Origin: Thermoanaerobaculia bacterium
Lineage (GTDB): Bacteria; Acidobacteriota; Thermoanaerobaculia; Multivoradales; UBA5704
DNA length: 64,000 bases
Assembly (NCBI GenBank): GCA_035544895.1
Contig: DASZZM010000092.1
Location: forward strand, 5,852-69,851
Direction: 5' to 3'
Both the position numbers and the translations under genes were made by a program. Below are positions 52,929 through 62,659 of the stretch, piece by piece (the stretch's first letter is position 1; each line of letters starts with the position of its first letter). The notes beneath the pieces were generated by a model that had not been told where the DNA came from, did no database searches, and was given only the letters and a program-made list of their open reading frames with translations.

Positions 52929-54203
52929 ATGCGGGATCTCGTGGACCTTGCCCGGCGGATGGCCGCCACGGCGCTCGCCGCCGTCGATCCGGAGCGGCTT
53001 GTCCGCGAGCCGCTGGCGCGGCGCGGCGAGCGCTTTCCGGCGGTCCTGGCGGTGGGCAAGGCGGCCCCGGCGATGGCGCGCGGCGCCCTCCCCTTCCTCG
53101 AGCCCGCGGCGCGGCGCTTGCTGATCCGGCCGCACACCAGCCCCGGCCTGCTCGACCCCGCCTGGGAGCAGCTCTCCGGCGGCCATCCGCTGCCCGACCG
53201 TCAGAGCCTTGCGGCCGGGGCGCGCCTCCTCGGCTGGCTGGCCGAGCTGCCGCCGCCGCGGCCGCTTCTGGCGCTGATCTCCGGCGGCGCGTCGGCCTGC
53301 CTGGAAGCGCCCGCCGCCGGCCTCACTCTCCACGACCTGGCGGCGACCCAGGAAGCGCTCCTGGGCTCCGGGCTGGCAATCGATCGCGTCAACGCCGTGC
53401 GCAAGCACCTCTCGGCGCTCAAGGGGGGCGGCGCCCTGCGCGCCACGCGTACCCGAGTCGTCGCGCTCCTGCTCTCCGACGTGCCCGGCGACGATCCGGC
53501 CACGATTGCCTCCGGACCCTTCGCCGCGGATCCCACCACCTTCGCCGAGGCGCTGGCTTCAGTCAGCACGATCGGCGGCCTCCCCGGGGTGCCCGAGGCC
53601 GTGCGCCGGCACCTGGCCCGCGGCGCTCGCGGCGAGCTGCCGGAGACGCTCGAGCCGGGAGATCCGGCGCTCGAGCGTGTCGAGAGCCTGCTGATCGGCA
53701 GCGTTGCCACGGCCATGGCCGCCGCGGTGGCCGAGGCGCGGCGGCGCGGCATGACGGTCGGGGAAGGGGAGCTCACCGGCGAGGCGGCGGAGGCAGCGTG
53801 CCTGATGGTGGCCAAGGGACGGGCCATGCCGGGTCCTCGGGTGGCGCTGGTCTTGGGCGGCGAGACCACCGTGACGCTCGCCGGTGCCGCGGGCAGCGGC
53901 GGCCGCAATCAGGAGCTGGCCCTGGCCGCGGCACGAGAGCTGGCGGGCAGCGGCGACGAGGTCGCCGTGGCGCTTGCCTCGGACGGCGTGGACGGTCCGA
54001 CCCGCTTTGCCGGCGGCCTGGTTCACGGCGGGACCTGGGAGGCCATCCGGCGGGCCGGGCTCGATCCGGCTAGTTCCCTCGCCCGGCACGACGCGCAGCG
54101 GGCACTTGCCGCCGTCCCCGGGGCCCTCCTCGAGACCGGCCCCACCGGGACCAACGTCAGCGATTTAGCCATTTATTTGAGGATGGCCCCCAGCACAGGC
54201 TAG
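52929..54203 (+). CDS. glycerate kinase / hydroxypyruvate reductase family (MOFRL)
   Basis: …AVGKAAPAMARGA…LISGGASACLE…KHLSALKGGG…LLSDVPGDDP…GGETTV…GGRNQELALAAA… is the MOFRL/GckA family. Start at MRDLVDLARR; the listed ORF is extended upstream into the ABC gene. Confidence 0.75.
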   Translation: MRDLVDLARRMAATALAAVDPERLVREPLARRGERFPAVLAVGKAAPAMARGALPFLEPAARRLLIRPHTSPGLLDPAWEQLSGGHPLPDRQSLAAGARLLGWLAELPPPRPLLALISGGASACLEAPAAGLTLHDLAATQEALLGSGLAIDRVNAVRKHLSALKGGGALRATRTRVVALLLSDVPGDDPATIASGPFAADPTTFAEALASVSTIGGLPGVPEAVRRHLARGARGELPETLEPGDPALERVESLLIGSVATAMAAAVAEARRRGMTVGEGELTGEAAEAACLMVAKGRAMPGPRVALVLGGETTVTLAGAAGSGGRNQELALAAARELAGSGDEVAVALASDGVDGPTRFAGGLVHGGTWEAIRRAGLDPASSLARHDAQRALAAVPGALLETGPTGTNVSDLAIYLRMAPSTG

Positions 54204-54227
54204 CGCTGCGATGTGGCGGTAGATGAC

Positions 54228-54352
54228 TACTCAATGCATCTATCGGATCGCCCCCCGCAACCCCCGCAGATCCCCTTCCCGGTTTTCCAGAGCCGCCGGG
54301 TCCCTGCCCGGCGGTAGCCGGAGGGGAAGGGGACGCCCTCTCCCCTGGCGCG
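54228..54352 (+). repeat. REP/MITE-like repeat, copy F (variant with internal insertion)
   Basis: atgcatctatcggatcgccccccgcaaccc..gatccccttccc…ggaggggaaggggacgccctctcccctggcgcgc shares both arms with the other copies. Confidence 0.65.
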
Positions 54353-54470
54353 CTAATCGTTTCGCTCTTGTTTTAGGCCCGGCTGGTTGGCTGGGGCTGG
54401 ACTAGCCCGCCCTCGCCACAGATGCGGTAGCATCGGAGGGCCAGCCCGCCCACAGGACAAGGAGGCAGTG

Positions 54471-54752
54471 ATGGCTGAGCCCGCCGAGGGACTCAACGTC
54501 AAGATCAGTGACGAGGAGCTGAAGGGCCGTTACTCCAATCTTCTCCGCATCACGCATACGCGCGAAGAATTCATCCTCGACTTCATCAACTTGCTGCCGC
54601 CGCAAGGCATCGTCACCGCGCGCATCGTTTGCAGCCCGGGTCACCTGAAACGGATCATCCGCGCCCTTTCCGCCAATCTCGAGCGCTACGAGCAGGCGTA
54701 TGGCACGATCGACGAGGCCCCCGAGCCGGCCGGCGACAGCAGCATTCACTAG
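54471..54752 (+). CDS. DUF3467-like small protein
   Basis: AAGGAGG RBS; MAEPAEGLNVKISDEELKGRYSNLLRITHTREEFILDFINLLPPQGIVTARIVCSPGHLKRIIRAL. Confidence 0.6.
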   Translation: MAEPAEGLNVKISDEELKGRYSNLLRITHTREEFILDFINLLPPQGIVTARIVCSPGHLKRIIRALSANLERYEQAYGTIDEAPEPAGDSSIH

Positions 54753-55404
54753 CCGCCCGGCGGCCGCTCTGGCCCTGCTTTTCTGCCCGCTGGCCGGCTG
54801 GCTCGCCGGCGCGCTGGCCGCGGGCTGCCGCTCGACGGACGAGCGCCCCCAGCCCGCGATGGCCGATGCCTTGACCGATGGGCCGATGCGCTGGCTGCTG
54901 CTGCCCGAGGAGCGCCGGCAAGCGCGGCGGTTGCACAACTCCGCCGAGGCCGTCGAGTTCATCGGGAATTTCTGGCGGCGCCGCAACCCTGACCCGCGGT
55001 CGCCGCAGAACGACTTCGCGCGCGTGTTCTACGAGCGGGTCGAAAGCGCGGACCGCCTGTACGGCGAAGACGGCAGCCGCGGCAGCCTGACCGACCGCGG
55101 GAGGGCGTTGATCGTGCTCGGTCCGCCGCCGGAGCTGCGCTATGGCCAGAGGCGCCTCCCTTCCTGGGAGCCCGGCCAGCCGAGCTCCCGGCCTGCCATC
55201 CACACCCGCAACGTCGGAGTCGAGACGTGGAAGTACGAGTGGTCCGATCTGCCGCCGAAACTGGTCGCCCTGCTCGCCGCCGAGGCGCCGGGCCAGGAGG
55301 TGGTCCTGGTCTTCCTCGTCGACACCCACCACACCCGTCTCATCGAAGGCGGCCATCTCCTCGACCTTGCCGCCCGCGCCGCCGTCCACGACCCGATCCG
55401 CTAG
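54700..55404 (+). CDS. GWxTD-domain lipoprotein
   Basis: Lipobox LAGALAAGC; FWRRRNPDPRSPQNDFARVFYERVESADRLYG…SLTDRGRALIVLGPPPELRYG…ETWKYEW fits the GWxTD family. Confidence 0.65.
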   Translation: MARSTRPPSRPATAAFTSRPAAALALLFCPLAGWLAGALAAGCRSTDERPQPAMADALTDGPMRWLLLPEERRQARRLHNSAEAVEFIGNFWRRRNPDPRSPQNDFARVFYERVESADRLYGEDGSRGSLTDRGRALIVLGPPPELRYGQRRLPSWEPGQPSSRPAIHTRNVGVETWKYEWSDLPPKLVALLAAEAPGQEVVLVFLVDTHHTRLIEGGHLLDLAARAAVHDPIR

Positions 55405-55554
55405 TGTCCCGTCTGTGAAGGGCAGATGGAGACGCTGATGATAACTCAATATCATAGAGTAAGTTGCGAGATTCAAGGTGAAGACGCAGTAGACCCTGGG
55501 GAAGCGCCGGGGAAGCACGCGGAAGGCAATGAAAGCGCAGTGTGGAGCATGCGA
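55405..55554 (+). repeat. left arm of about 150-bp inverted repeat pair (IR-L)
   Basis: tgtcccgtctgtgaagggcagatggagacgctgatgataactcaatatcatagagtaagttgcgagattcaaggtgaagacgcagtagaccctggggaagcgccggggaagcacgcgg…gtggagcatgcgagcgtagctgag is about 95% identical to the reverse complement of 62660..62810; contains an IS66-like GTAAG terminus motif. Confidence 0.8.
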
Positions 55555-55570
55555 GCGTAGCTGAGCCCGA

Positions 55571-55888
55571 TTGGCCGCCATCGCCGGGCAAGTGACACGC
55601 TATGTCGAGGACGGCATCCTCGACATCGACAACAACCGCGCCGAACGAGCACTGCGGCGCGTGGCGGTGGGTCGCAAGAACTGGATGTTCGCCGGCAGCG
55701 ATGAGGGTGGGCGCCGAGCGGCGATCATCTACAGCCTCGTCGCCAGCTGCGCTCTGCTGAAGGTGAATCCGTTTGCCTACCTTCGCAACGTCCTGGAGCG
55801 CTTCCCCTCCTGCTGCCCTGCCGACCTCAGCCAGCTCACGCCGAAGGTCTGGCAAGAGAGCCACACCAACCCTGCCACGACCGTCTGA
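55571..55888 (+). mobile_element. IS66-family transposase (TnpC) C-terminal remnant, about 105 aa, 5' about 80% deleted
   Basis: VEDGILDIDNNRAERALRRVAVGRKNWMFAGSDEGGRRAAIIYSLVASCALLKVNPFAYLRNVLERF…LTPKVW matches the conserved C-terminus of IS66 TnpC (IDNNxAERALRxxAxGRKNWLFAGS…YSLxxTCKLNGVNPxxYL). Confidence 0.75.
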
Positions 55889-56137
55889 GCCGGCTGCTCG
55901 ACCCGGCTCCTCCGTTCGCCGGTCCGCCAGCAGGTGGTCAGCGGACCACCCTGGTTACTTGTGGTTGGCCGGACGGTTACCGAAGTCTCACAAACGGGTA
56001 AGCTTCGGGTAAACACTCGGGATCTCATCGAAGGGTGGTGTAGGGTAGGCGTGCGGGTGAGCCCGGCCAGCACGCGAGGCGCCGGGGTTGCCAGTGCGCG
56101 CGTTACCTTTTACGCACCCCGAAGGCCGCTTTCTAGA

Positions 56138-56836
56138 TCAAATCAGTTGTTTTATAGCTCCCGCTAATATTTGTATGCCGCGTGTTACGTAAGGCGCCAC
56201 AAAGACGCTGTGTAGCGCCAAGACAGGAAAGGCAATTAGCACGAATGCAGCGAATGTCCGAAGCAGACTGATCCCCTGAACATCCGCCAACCATCTCGCG
56301 ACAATGGGCGCGCCAAATATTACTATAATAGCAAATGTTGCGAAGCCGAAGATCATGGCCCATGCAGGGACAGCTGCCGTGGGGGCATGGCTTGTGTCTA
56401 TGAAATCGGTTGGCGAAAGGTACCAAAGCATTGGAAAAGAGCAAATTAGCATCAACGGTCCAGAGAAACTTACCCAGATGCAATATGCCACGAATGTTCG
56501 ACCGATGGGGGCGGTCCCGCGAAACGCTCTCAACGCCAGATGAACAACCAGGACGAGCAGGAGCTGGCCATACAAGAACTGAAGCAGGAAGGAGATTTTG
56601 TCCAATTCCAGTTTCTTGTGTAAAATTATTGGTATATAAATAACAAATGATATCGCAACGCTATAGAGAAAAATCTTCAGCGCTTTAGAGACACAGAAGA
56701 GTTCTAACCTCCGCTTTGCAAACTGGCCCCGAAGCCGTACGATTTCTACTACGGTCGCGTAATACATTCCAAATCCCTCGAGAATATTCGTAGGACTTAT
56801 CGCATCCGCGAAAGGATCCATATCCGTTTCTTTCAT
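56138..56836 (-). CDS. hypothetical polytopic membrane protein in AT-rich (about 48% GC) segment
   Basis: MKETDMDPFADAISPTNILEGFGMYYATVVEIV… with five or six hydrophobic helices; local GC about 20 points below the surroundings; GGGGAG RBS. Confidence 0.5.
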   Translation of the reverse strand: MKETDMDPFADAISPTNILEGFGMYYATVVEIVRLRGQFAKRRLELFCVSKALKIFLYSVAISFVIYIPIILHKKLELDKISFLLQFLYGQLLLVLVVHLALRAFRGTAPIGRTFVAYCIWVSFSGPLMLICSFPMLWYLSPTDFIDTSHAPTAAVPAWAMIFGFATFAIIVIFGAPIVARWLADVQGISLLRTFAAFVLIAFPVLALHSVFVAPYVTRGIQILAGAIKQLI

Positions 56837-58698
56837 TCTGACTCCCCGTCCCTCGCGGGATCTTGCGTTGCTTTCACGCCACCTAAGAAGCAAAGATGTC
56901 GTGCTCGCTTGTCGCGAGCTCGGGCCGGGTCTCCCAAGACTCGAGTAGAACATCACGGGCAATCTTGCGCTCCGTCGCTACGTCGGAAGGAGAAGCAATG
57001 AAGACTTTGAAAACCGTTGCGCCGTAGGGCACGCTCAACTCTCCTATCTTCGGAGTATGTCTCGCCGTCGAACGCACTCGAGACGATGGCGTGACTTCTG
57101 GGCCTGCCCGCAAAGTGCGCCCGGTCTTTCCTATTGTCAACCTCCAAGGTAGAGGATAGTGCCCGCTATGTGGTTAAGACAAATAGCAATTTGCGTATGG
57201 ACGAAGAAGCAGCCGGGATCCGAGTTTGGAGGATCTCGGAATCTTGCCTGGCTGGCTGGTCGGCCTTCTCCTATTTTCCCAGAGATGGCTGTTCCTCGAT
57301 CGGTACCGGGTCGGGGTTACGGGTACCGCCATAAACGTCAGTGCCCGCGAGCGAAGCGAGCGTGGCACAACAACCCGGCGGCGATCCGGCCTCGACCCTT
57401 ACGAGAAGCGGGGTGCAGGGGGGAAGCCCCCCTGCTCCGATTGGCCCGGCCGGGGCGCTGACCGTTGCAGGAGCGAAGAAGGGTGCGGGGTGAGGGGGGG
57501 AGCGCCGGGCTGCCGGGACGGGCCTTGGAAATGGACGCCTACGGCCAGCTGGTGCGGCCGGTGCTCGGGATCGACGGCGAGTTCGCCGCACCAGCACCGG
57601 CGGCGACTTACACCGCTTTCGTGCCTCTGGCCAGCCTACCAACGCCGGGTGGCCGGGCGTCAAGGGTGAACCGCGCTGCGCGCGGCGGCTGCGCCGCCCT
57701 TGACCCCCGGCCACTCGGCGTGGTGCAAGTAGACTGTGGCGAGGGGGGGAGAAGCCGGCTCAGGAAGGAAGATCACCTTCCCCCGCCCACCCACCCTCTC
57801 TCCTAATCCCGACTGCGAGGGGGCCGGCGCGGTCCCCGCGGCGGCCCCCGCCACCGTCCGTAGGGAGTCCACACCGAGCGGCGGCCGAGCCGCTGCCGCG
57901 ATCACCAGCCGGCACGCCGCCGCACTCTGCCGGCACCGCCATCTGTACCGAGCCGGCACACCTGCGCAGAGCGCTCGCAGTCTGCCGGCAGGCTGCCGCA
58001 GAAACCGGGATGCAAGCGGCAAGGCAATCCCGCCTGGTCGACGGCATAAAACCCGGTGCTCGCGTGCGGGCGGTCACCAGGCCGAACTGGACGTGGGCGC
58101 CCCGGCCTTCTGCTGGGGCGACCTTCGCCGCGTTCGTGCCTCCTGTTCGTTCGTACGGTGAGGTTTCGTGAAGCTCACGACCCCCATCACCCGTGAAACC
58201 GCACCAGGATGCGCGCTCGGACGCCGTCCCCTCCCCGATTCCGACCTCCGCCGCCTCTACGGCCGACAATCCCTCGCGCTCGGATCTTTCCCGATTCATG
58301 GCGAGCGAGAAAATGGGGTGCCCCGTGAAGGCGAGATTCCACGCCTCCACGTCAGGAGAATGAGAATGGCGCCGGCAGCTCGAGTCCGAGACGCTCTCTT
58401 GCAGGGTGAGTAGCAAGCCGGGTTCCTGTGCTACGCACAGGAACCGCTCGCTTCGCTCGCGATAGCTTGGCGGCTCACTTCGTTCGCCAACAACGGTTCC
58501 TCCGACGGGGCTGGCGCCCCGCCTCCGGTCGCTTCAAGTGACGCGTCCGCTGGCCTCCTCGTGCTCTCTCTAGTCGCGGCACAGCGCCGCCCGGGCGGTG
58601 TTAAGGTAGAGACTCGGCCGATACGGGAATCACGCACGTTCGAGCCTGCCAGATTTCCGCAAGCTGCGAATCGAGACCTGTCCGCAAGGACCGAGGAC

Positions 58699-61600
58699 AT
58701 GCCGCCGCTCCTCTTGCTCCACCTCTCCGACCTTCATTTCGGTCCTCACAGTCGCTTCGTTAGCGAGAGCCCCGAGCGGCTGGGCGAGAGCTTCCACCGC
58801 GCGTTGGTCGCCGCCCAGGACAAGATCGGGCTTGCCGATCACAGAATCGAGTTGGTGTTGGTCACGGGCGATGTCGCTGAGGCGGGGAAGCGCTCCGAAT
58901 TTGAGAACGCCCGGCGCTTCCTCGCGGCCCTCGCCGGTGGACTCGGCCTCGTCGCCGGCCGATTCGTCTTCGTTCCCGGTAACCACGACATCAACTGGGC
59001 CTCCTGCAAGCGGGTCGAGGCCGAACTTGAGGAGCGGGAGGAACTCGCCCCCGAGCTTCTGCGGCGCCGCCTTGACGAGGTCAAGCTCGACATCTACTTC
59101 GAGTTCCTCAGATCCTTCTATGGCGTCGCGGACCTCGCGGAAGTAGCCGCGCCGCTGGGCCGGGGCGCGAATCTTTTCCGCTTCCCCCAACTTCGACTTG
59201 CCGTGGCCGCGCTCAACTCCTGCGAGAAGGAATCTCATCGCCCGGCGGACCACGCGGGCCTGGTGAGCCGGGAACAGGCCGAGGCTGCGCTTTCGGCCTT
59301 GAGGGGTGCCGAGGTCGCCGCGTGGCTCAAGCTCCTCGCGGTCCACCACAATCCGGTTGTCACGACGCCCGGCAACCTCGCAGCTTGGCGACGATTCCTC
59401 GAGGTGAAAGGCGGGTTCGACGCCGAACTTCTCGCTCGCTATGAGAGCGACGCCCTCGGTTTTGATGGGCGAGGGCTCCGAGCGGTAGCGGCGGATGCCA
59501 GAGTCCAGCTCGTCCTCCACGGTCACCATCACGCCCAGGACAAGCAGACCTGGGACTGGAGCGGACCTGGGCACACGCACGTGCTCTCAGCGGGTAGTCT
59601 GGGTCTCCAGCCCGAGGTGCTCCCCAAAGACGAACCTGCCTCCGCCCGCCTGATCGTGCTTGACATTGAGCGGCAGGAGATCCGCGCCCATTCGGTCGTC
59701 TACATCGCCTGGCACCGCCCGGCAGGCGCGGTCGAGTGGGGCGCCTTCGCTCCAGACCCGGCCGGCTGGATGGTCCAGCGCCTCGATCTGCCAGAGGGAT
59801 ATGCAACCGCCGCAACCGCGGCGGCCCACGCGCCGCCTCCTGCCCTCGATACCGACTTCCTTCGCACCTTCCGCCAGCGCCTCCGCGACACCTATAGCCG
59901 TTGGGACATCGGGTCGCTCGGCGCGCTCCGGCCAGGTGGCGTTCAGGCCGGCGACGCCCCGCTCGATGACATGTATCTCGAGCTTCGCTTCACCTCCTGG
60001 CTCGATCCGATAAACACCTTTGACAATCGACCTCTGCGCCCGGACGACCTTCTCGGCCGGAACCGACCGCTTGTGCTTCGGGGCGCCGGCGGCTCCGGCA
60101 AGACCACCTGGGCACGTTTCACCTTCAGCCAGCTGGCGCTCGACGACCGAGCCCTGCCGCTGATGCTCGTTCTGCGCGATGTCGCGCGGCGGTGGCAGCT
60201 CCCGGAGAGCGCGGGCGAGGAACGCTCGATTGACGCAGCGCTCGACGCCTGGATCGGCAGCCAGATGGGGATCGGCTGGCGCGGCCGCCTTGCGAGCCTT
60301 CTCAAGGCCGGGGACGGCCCGCGGCCCATCCTTCTGGTGGACGGTTGGGACGAACTCGGCCCGCTCGGCAGCGAACTGCGGGGCAAGCTTCTCGGTTTCA
60401 TCCGTGAGCACCCGCGCGTTCTCGCTGTCGTCACCAGCCGGCCCTACGGGCAGGACCCGCCTTCGCATAGCGAGGGCTTCGAGGTCGTCGACCTCCAACC
60501 GCTCTCGGACAGCGACATCAAGCAGCTGACCCGCAAGTTCTTCCGCCGCTTCGCGAGCGGCGGCGAGGCCAGCGTAGGCGACGAGTGCTGGCGCTTCCTT
60601 GAGGCGCTCGAACACAACCGCGACGCTCAAGATCTTGCGCGGACGCCGCTGCTGCTCACCATGCTGCTCCTCGTCGGGCACTCTCAACCGCTTCCCGACA
60701 AGCGGCACCTGCTCTACGAGAAGTGCGTCGACGCGCTCCTCCACGCTAGGCCGGAGCAGAAGACTGCTGAGGGCGCCCTCGCAGGTAGCCACCTCTGGAC
60801 TCCGCCGGACCTCGACCGCCGCCGGCGGTGGGTCGCCACCCTCGCATACAACGTTCAAAGCGCCGGGTACAGGGAGACTTCCCGTGGTCCCATCGTCCGT
60901 TCCTGGGAGGAGATGAGGACACTGCTACCCGAAGAGTGCGCGCGTGATCGCCGCGACGGCTTCCTCGCCTGGCTCGTCGAGACCGCGGGCCTCCTCTCCG
61001 ACCGCGCCGATGGTACTCTTGCCTTCTCCCACTTAAGCTTTCAGGAGTACCTCGCCGCTTACCATCTGGAAACCACCGCCGCAGATGCCGGCGAGCGGCG
61101 CGCGGCCTTCGGTCAAAGGATCCCGGATTTCCAGTGGTGGGAAACGCTCCGCCTGCTCGGCGCGCAGATCGAGACGCGAAACCCAGCCTTTCTCGATGCC
61201 GTGCTTGACGGCCTTGTTCAGGCGCCGGCCTCCGAGTACGCGCTCGCCTTCGCAGGCACTGTCTTCGCCGACGGCCTCGGTCCTGTCCTCCTTTTCCAGG
61301 AATGGCTGTCGCTCTGGTTGAAGGCTCTCGCGCGCGCGTTCCCACCGGGGGTCGGCTACTGCTGGGGAGCCTGGCGCTCTTCACGACAGGAGAAGCGTAA
61401 GGGTCTTCTGCGGGAGGCGCTCTCCACACAAGCCTCAGGACAGACCTGGCTCGGTTGGGTGCGATTCGAGGAATTCGACCCGGCGTCGTACACTGTCCTC
61501 TCCAGGCCCACGGGCAGGCTCGCACGCCTCCTGATCGATGGGCTCAAGGATGGACCGCTGACTCAGGAGGGCATCGCCGCCGGGCGTGTGCTGGCCGGCT

Positions 61601-62571
61601 TCGAGCCTTTGTGGCCAACCTGGGAGGAGGTTGGGCACCTTCAAGCGTGGCCTTCGCGGCGGCGGCGGTTCGGCCTTCAGCTGCAGGCCTTTCTCGCCGC
61701 GGGAGTTCCAACCAGTTCCCTCGTTAAGCTTGCGCGTGCGATTGCACCGCAGGCCTTGGACGCCGCGAGTCGCGGCTTGGCTCGAGATTTGGCGCGCAAC
61801 TTGGCTCACGAGTTGGCTCTGGACCTGGCGCCTCACTCCGGGGCTGACAAAGTTGGCGAGGCAATTGGCTACTTGGCGTGCGACTGGGCTTCGCACTTGG
61901 CTTCGCACTTTACTTCGGACCTGGAGACCCGCCAGTTGCCTTTCCACTGGCCTCCCCGATTCGGCCAGATCTGGGTTTTCAGCCAGCTTTTCCCGGGCTT
62001 TGCTTCCTTTATGGCTCGCAACTTGGTTCGGGAAGATCCTGACAAACCGTCTTTCCTCTGGGCCGGCGCCTGGGCTCGCGGCTTGGCCTCCAAGCTTGCT
62101 CTCGATCCGATTCCGGACTTCACCCTCAGCTGGGTCCTCTCCTCTGGATTTGCCGCTGGCCGTGCATTCCTCGCCGCCCAGCGAGATTTCAGTCATCCCG
62201 AAACGTTATCAGCGTTATCGCGCCTCCTTTCTGCGGCCTGCTGCCTCTCGTTCCGCCCGGAGAGTCAAAGCGAGCTCCCAGTCTCAGTCGGCCCTCACTT
62301 AGATTGTCTTTGGCCCGCGCTAGCGCGGCACCTCGCGCGGCGCAGCACTGCCCAAGATCGCGAGCTCCTTGTCGATCTCGCTCGCGATCCCGCAAAACGC
62401 GAGCCGCCGCTGCAATGGGGTCTCCGCTTCATCGTCCGCGGTGATCTGCTTCTAGACGACGGTTCGTTCCTGGCCCTCGACGAGCTAACTGACCAGGCCG
62501 GCATCGAGCGCCTTCCTCTGCTTGACGAGATGGAGCCCGAGCTGGACGTGGCCTGGGAAAACGGCTCTTGA
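58699..62571 (+). CDS. STAND NTPase: N-terminal calcineurin-like metallophosphoesterase plus NACHT P-loop NTPase plus C-terminal helical repeat region (1290 aa)
   Basis: MPP motifs LHLSDLHFG (DxH), LVTGDVAEAG (GD), FVPGNHD (GNHD), LAVHHNP (H), VLHGHHHAQ (GHxH). NACHT: Walker A LRGAGGSGKTTWA, Walker B ILLVDGWDELG, VVTSRP (NACHT TSR motif). C-terminus has LARDLARNLAHELALDLA-type repeats. Start at ATG 58699 (MPPLLLLHLSDL). Confidence 0.8.
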   Translation: MPPLLLLHLSDLHFGPHSRFVSESPERLGESFHRALVAAQDKIGLADHRIELVLVTGDVAEAGKRSEFENARRFLAALAGGLGLVAGRFVFVPGNHDINWASCKRVEAELEEREELAPELLRRRLDEVKLDIYFEFLRSFYGVADLAEVAAPLGRGANLFRFPQLRLAVAALNSCEKESHRPADHAGLVSREQAEAALSALRGAEVAAWLKLLAVHHNPVVTTPGNLAAWRRFLEVKGGFDAELLARYESDALGFDGRGLRAVAADARVQLVLHGHHHAQDKQTWDWSGPGHTHVLSAGSLGLQPEVLPKDEPASARLIVLDIERQEIRAHSVVYIAWHRPAGAVEWGAFAPDPAGWMVQRLDLPEGYATAATAAAHAPPPALDTDFLRTFRQRLRDTYSRWDIGSLGALRPGGVQAGDAPLDDMYLELRFTSWLDPINTFDNRPLRPDDLLGRNRPLVLRGAGGSGKTTWARFTFSQLALDDRALPLMLVLRDVARRWQLPESAGEERSIDAALDAWIGSQMGIGWRGRLASLLKAGDGPRPILLVDGWDELGPLGSELRGKLLGFIREHPRVLAVVTSRPYGQDPPSHSEGFEVVDLQPLSDSDIKQLTRKFFRRFASGGEASVGDECWRFLEALEHNRDAQDLARTPLLLTMLLLVGHSQPLPDKRHLLYEKCVDALLHARPEQKTAEGALAGSHLWTPPDLDRRRRWVATLAYNVQSAGYRETSRGPIVRSWEEMRTLLPEECARDRRDGFLAWLVETAGLLSDRADGTLAFSHLSFQEYLAAYHLETTAADAGERRAAFGQRIPDFQWWETLRLLGAQIETRNPAFLDAVLDGLVQAPASEYALAFAGTVFADGLGPVLLFQEWLSLWLKALARAFPPGVGYCWGAWRSSRQEKRKGLLREALSTQASGQTWLGWVRFEEFDPASYTVLSRPTGRLARLLIDGLKDGPLTQEGIAAGRVLAGFEPLWPTWEEVGHLQAWPSRRRRFGLQLQAFLAAGVPTSSLVKLARAIAPQALDAASRGLARDLARNLAHELALDLAPHSGADKVGEAIGYLACDWASHLASHFTSDLETRQLPFHWPPRFGQIWVFSQLFPGFASFMARNLVREDPDKPSFLWAGAWARGLASKLALDPIPDFTLSWVLSSGFAAGRAFLAAQRDFSHPETLSALSRLLSAACCLSFRPESQSELPVSVGPHLDCLWPALARHLARRSTAQDRELLVDLARDPAKREPPLQWGLRFIVRGDLLLDDGSFLALDELTDQAGIERLPLLDEMEPELDVAWENGS

Positions 62572-62659
62572 GGAGAGGGAGCATTTTGAGGCCGTGGTGA
62601 TGGCGCCGCGGGCGGTTGCCCTGTCCGCAGCTGTCTCTCGAAAGGAGCCCCGCATCGAC

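Noticed and set aside
57760-58416. 218-aa minus ORF and other 60-150-aa ORFs between 56963 and 58698
   Set aside because: Composition-driven (Ala/Arg/Gly-rich), no motifs, overlapping one another on both strands; treated as non-coding or decayed sequence (see finding).
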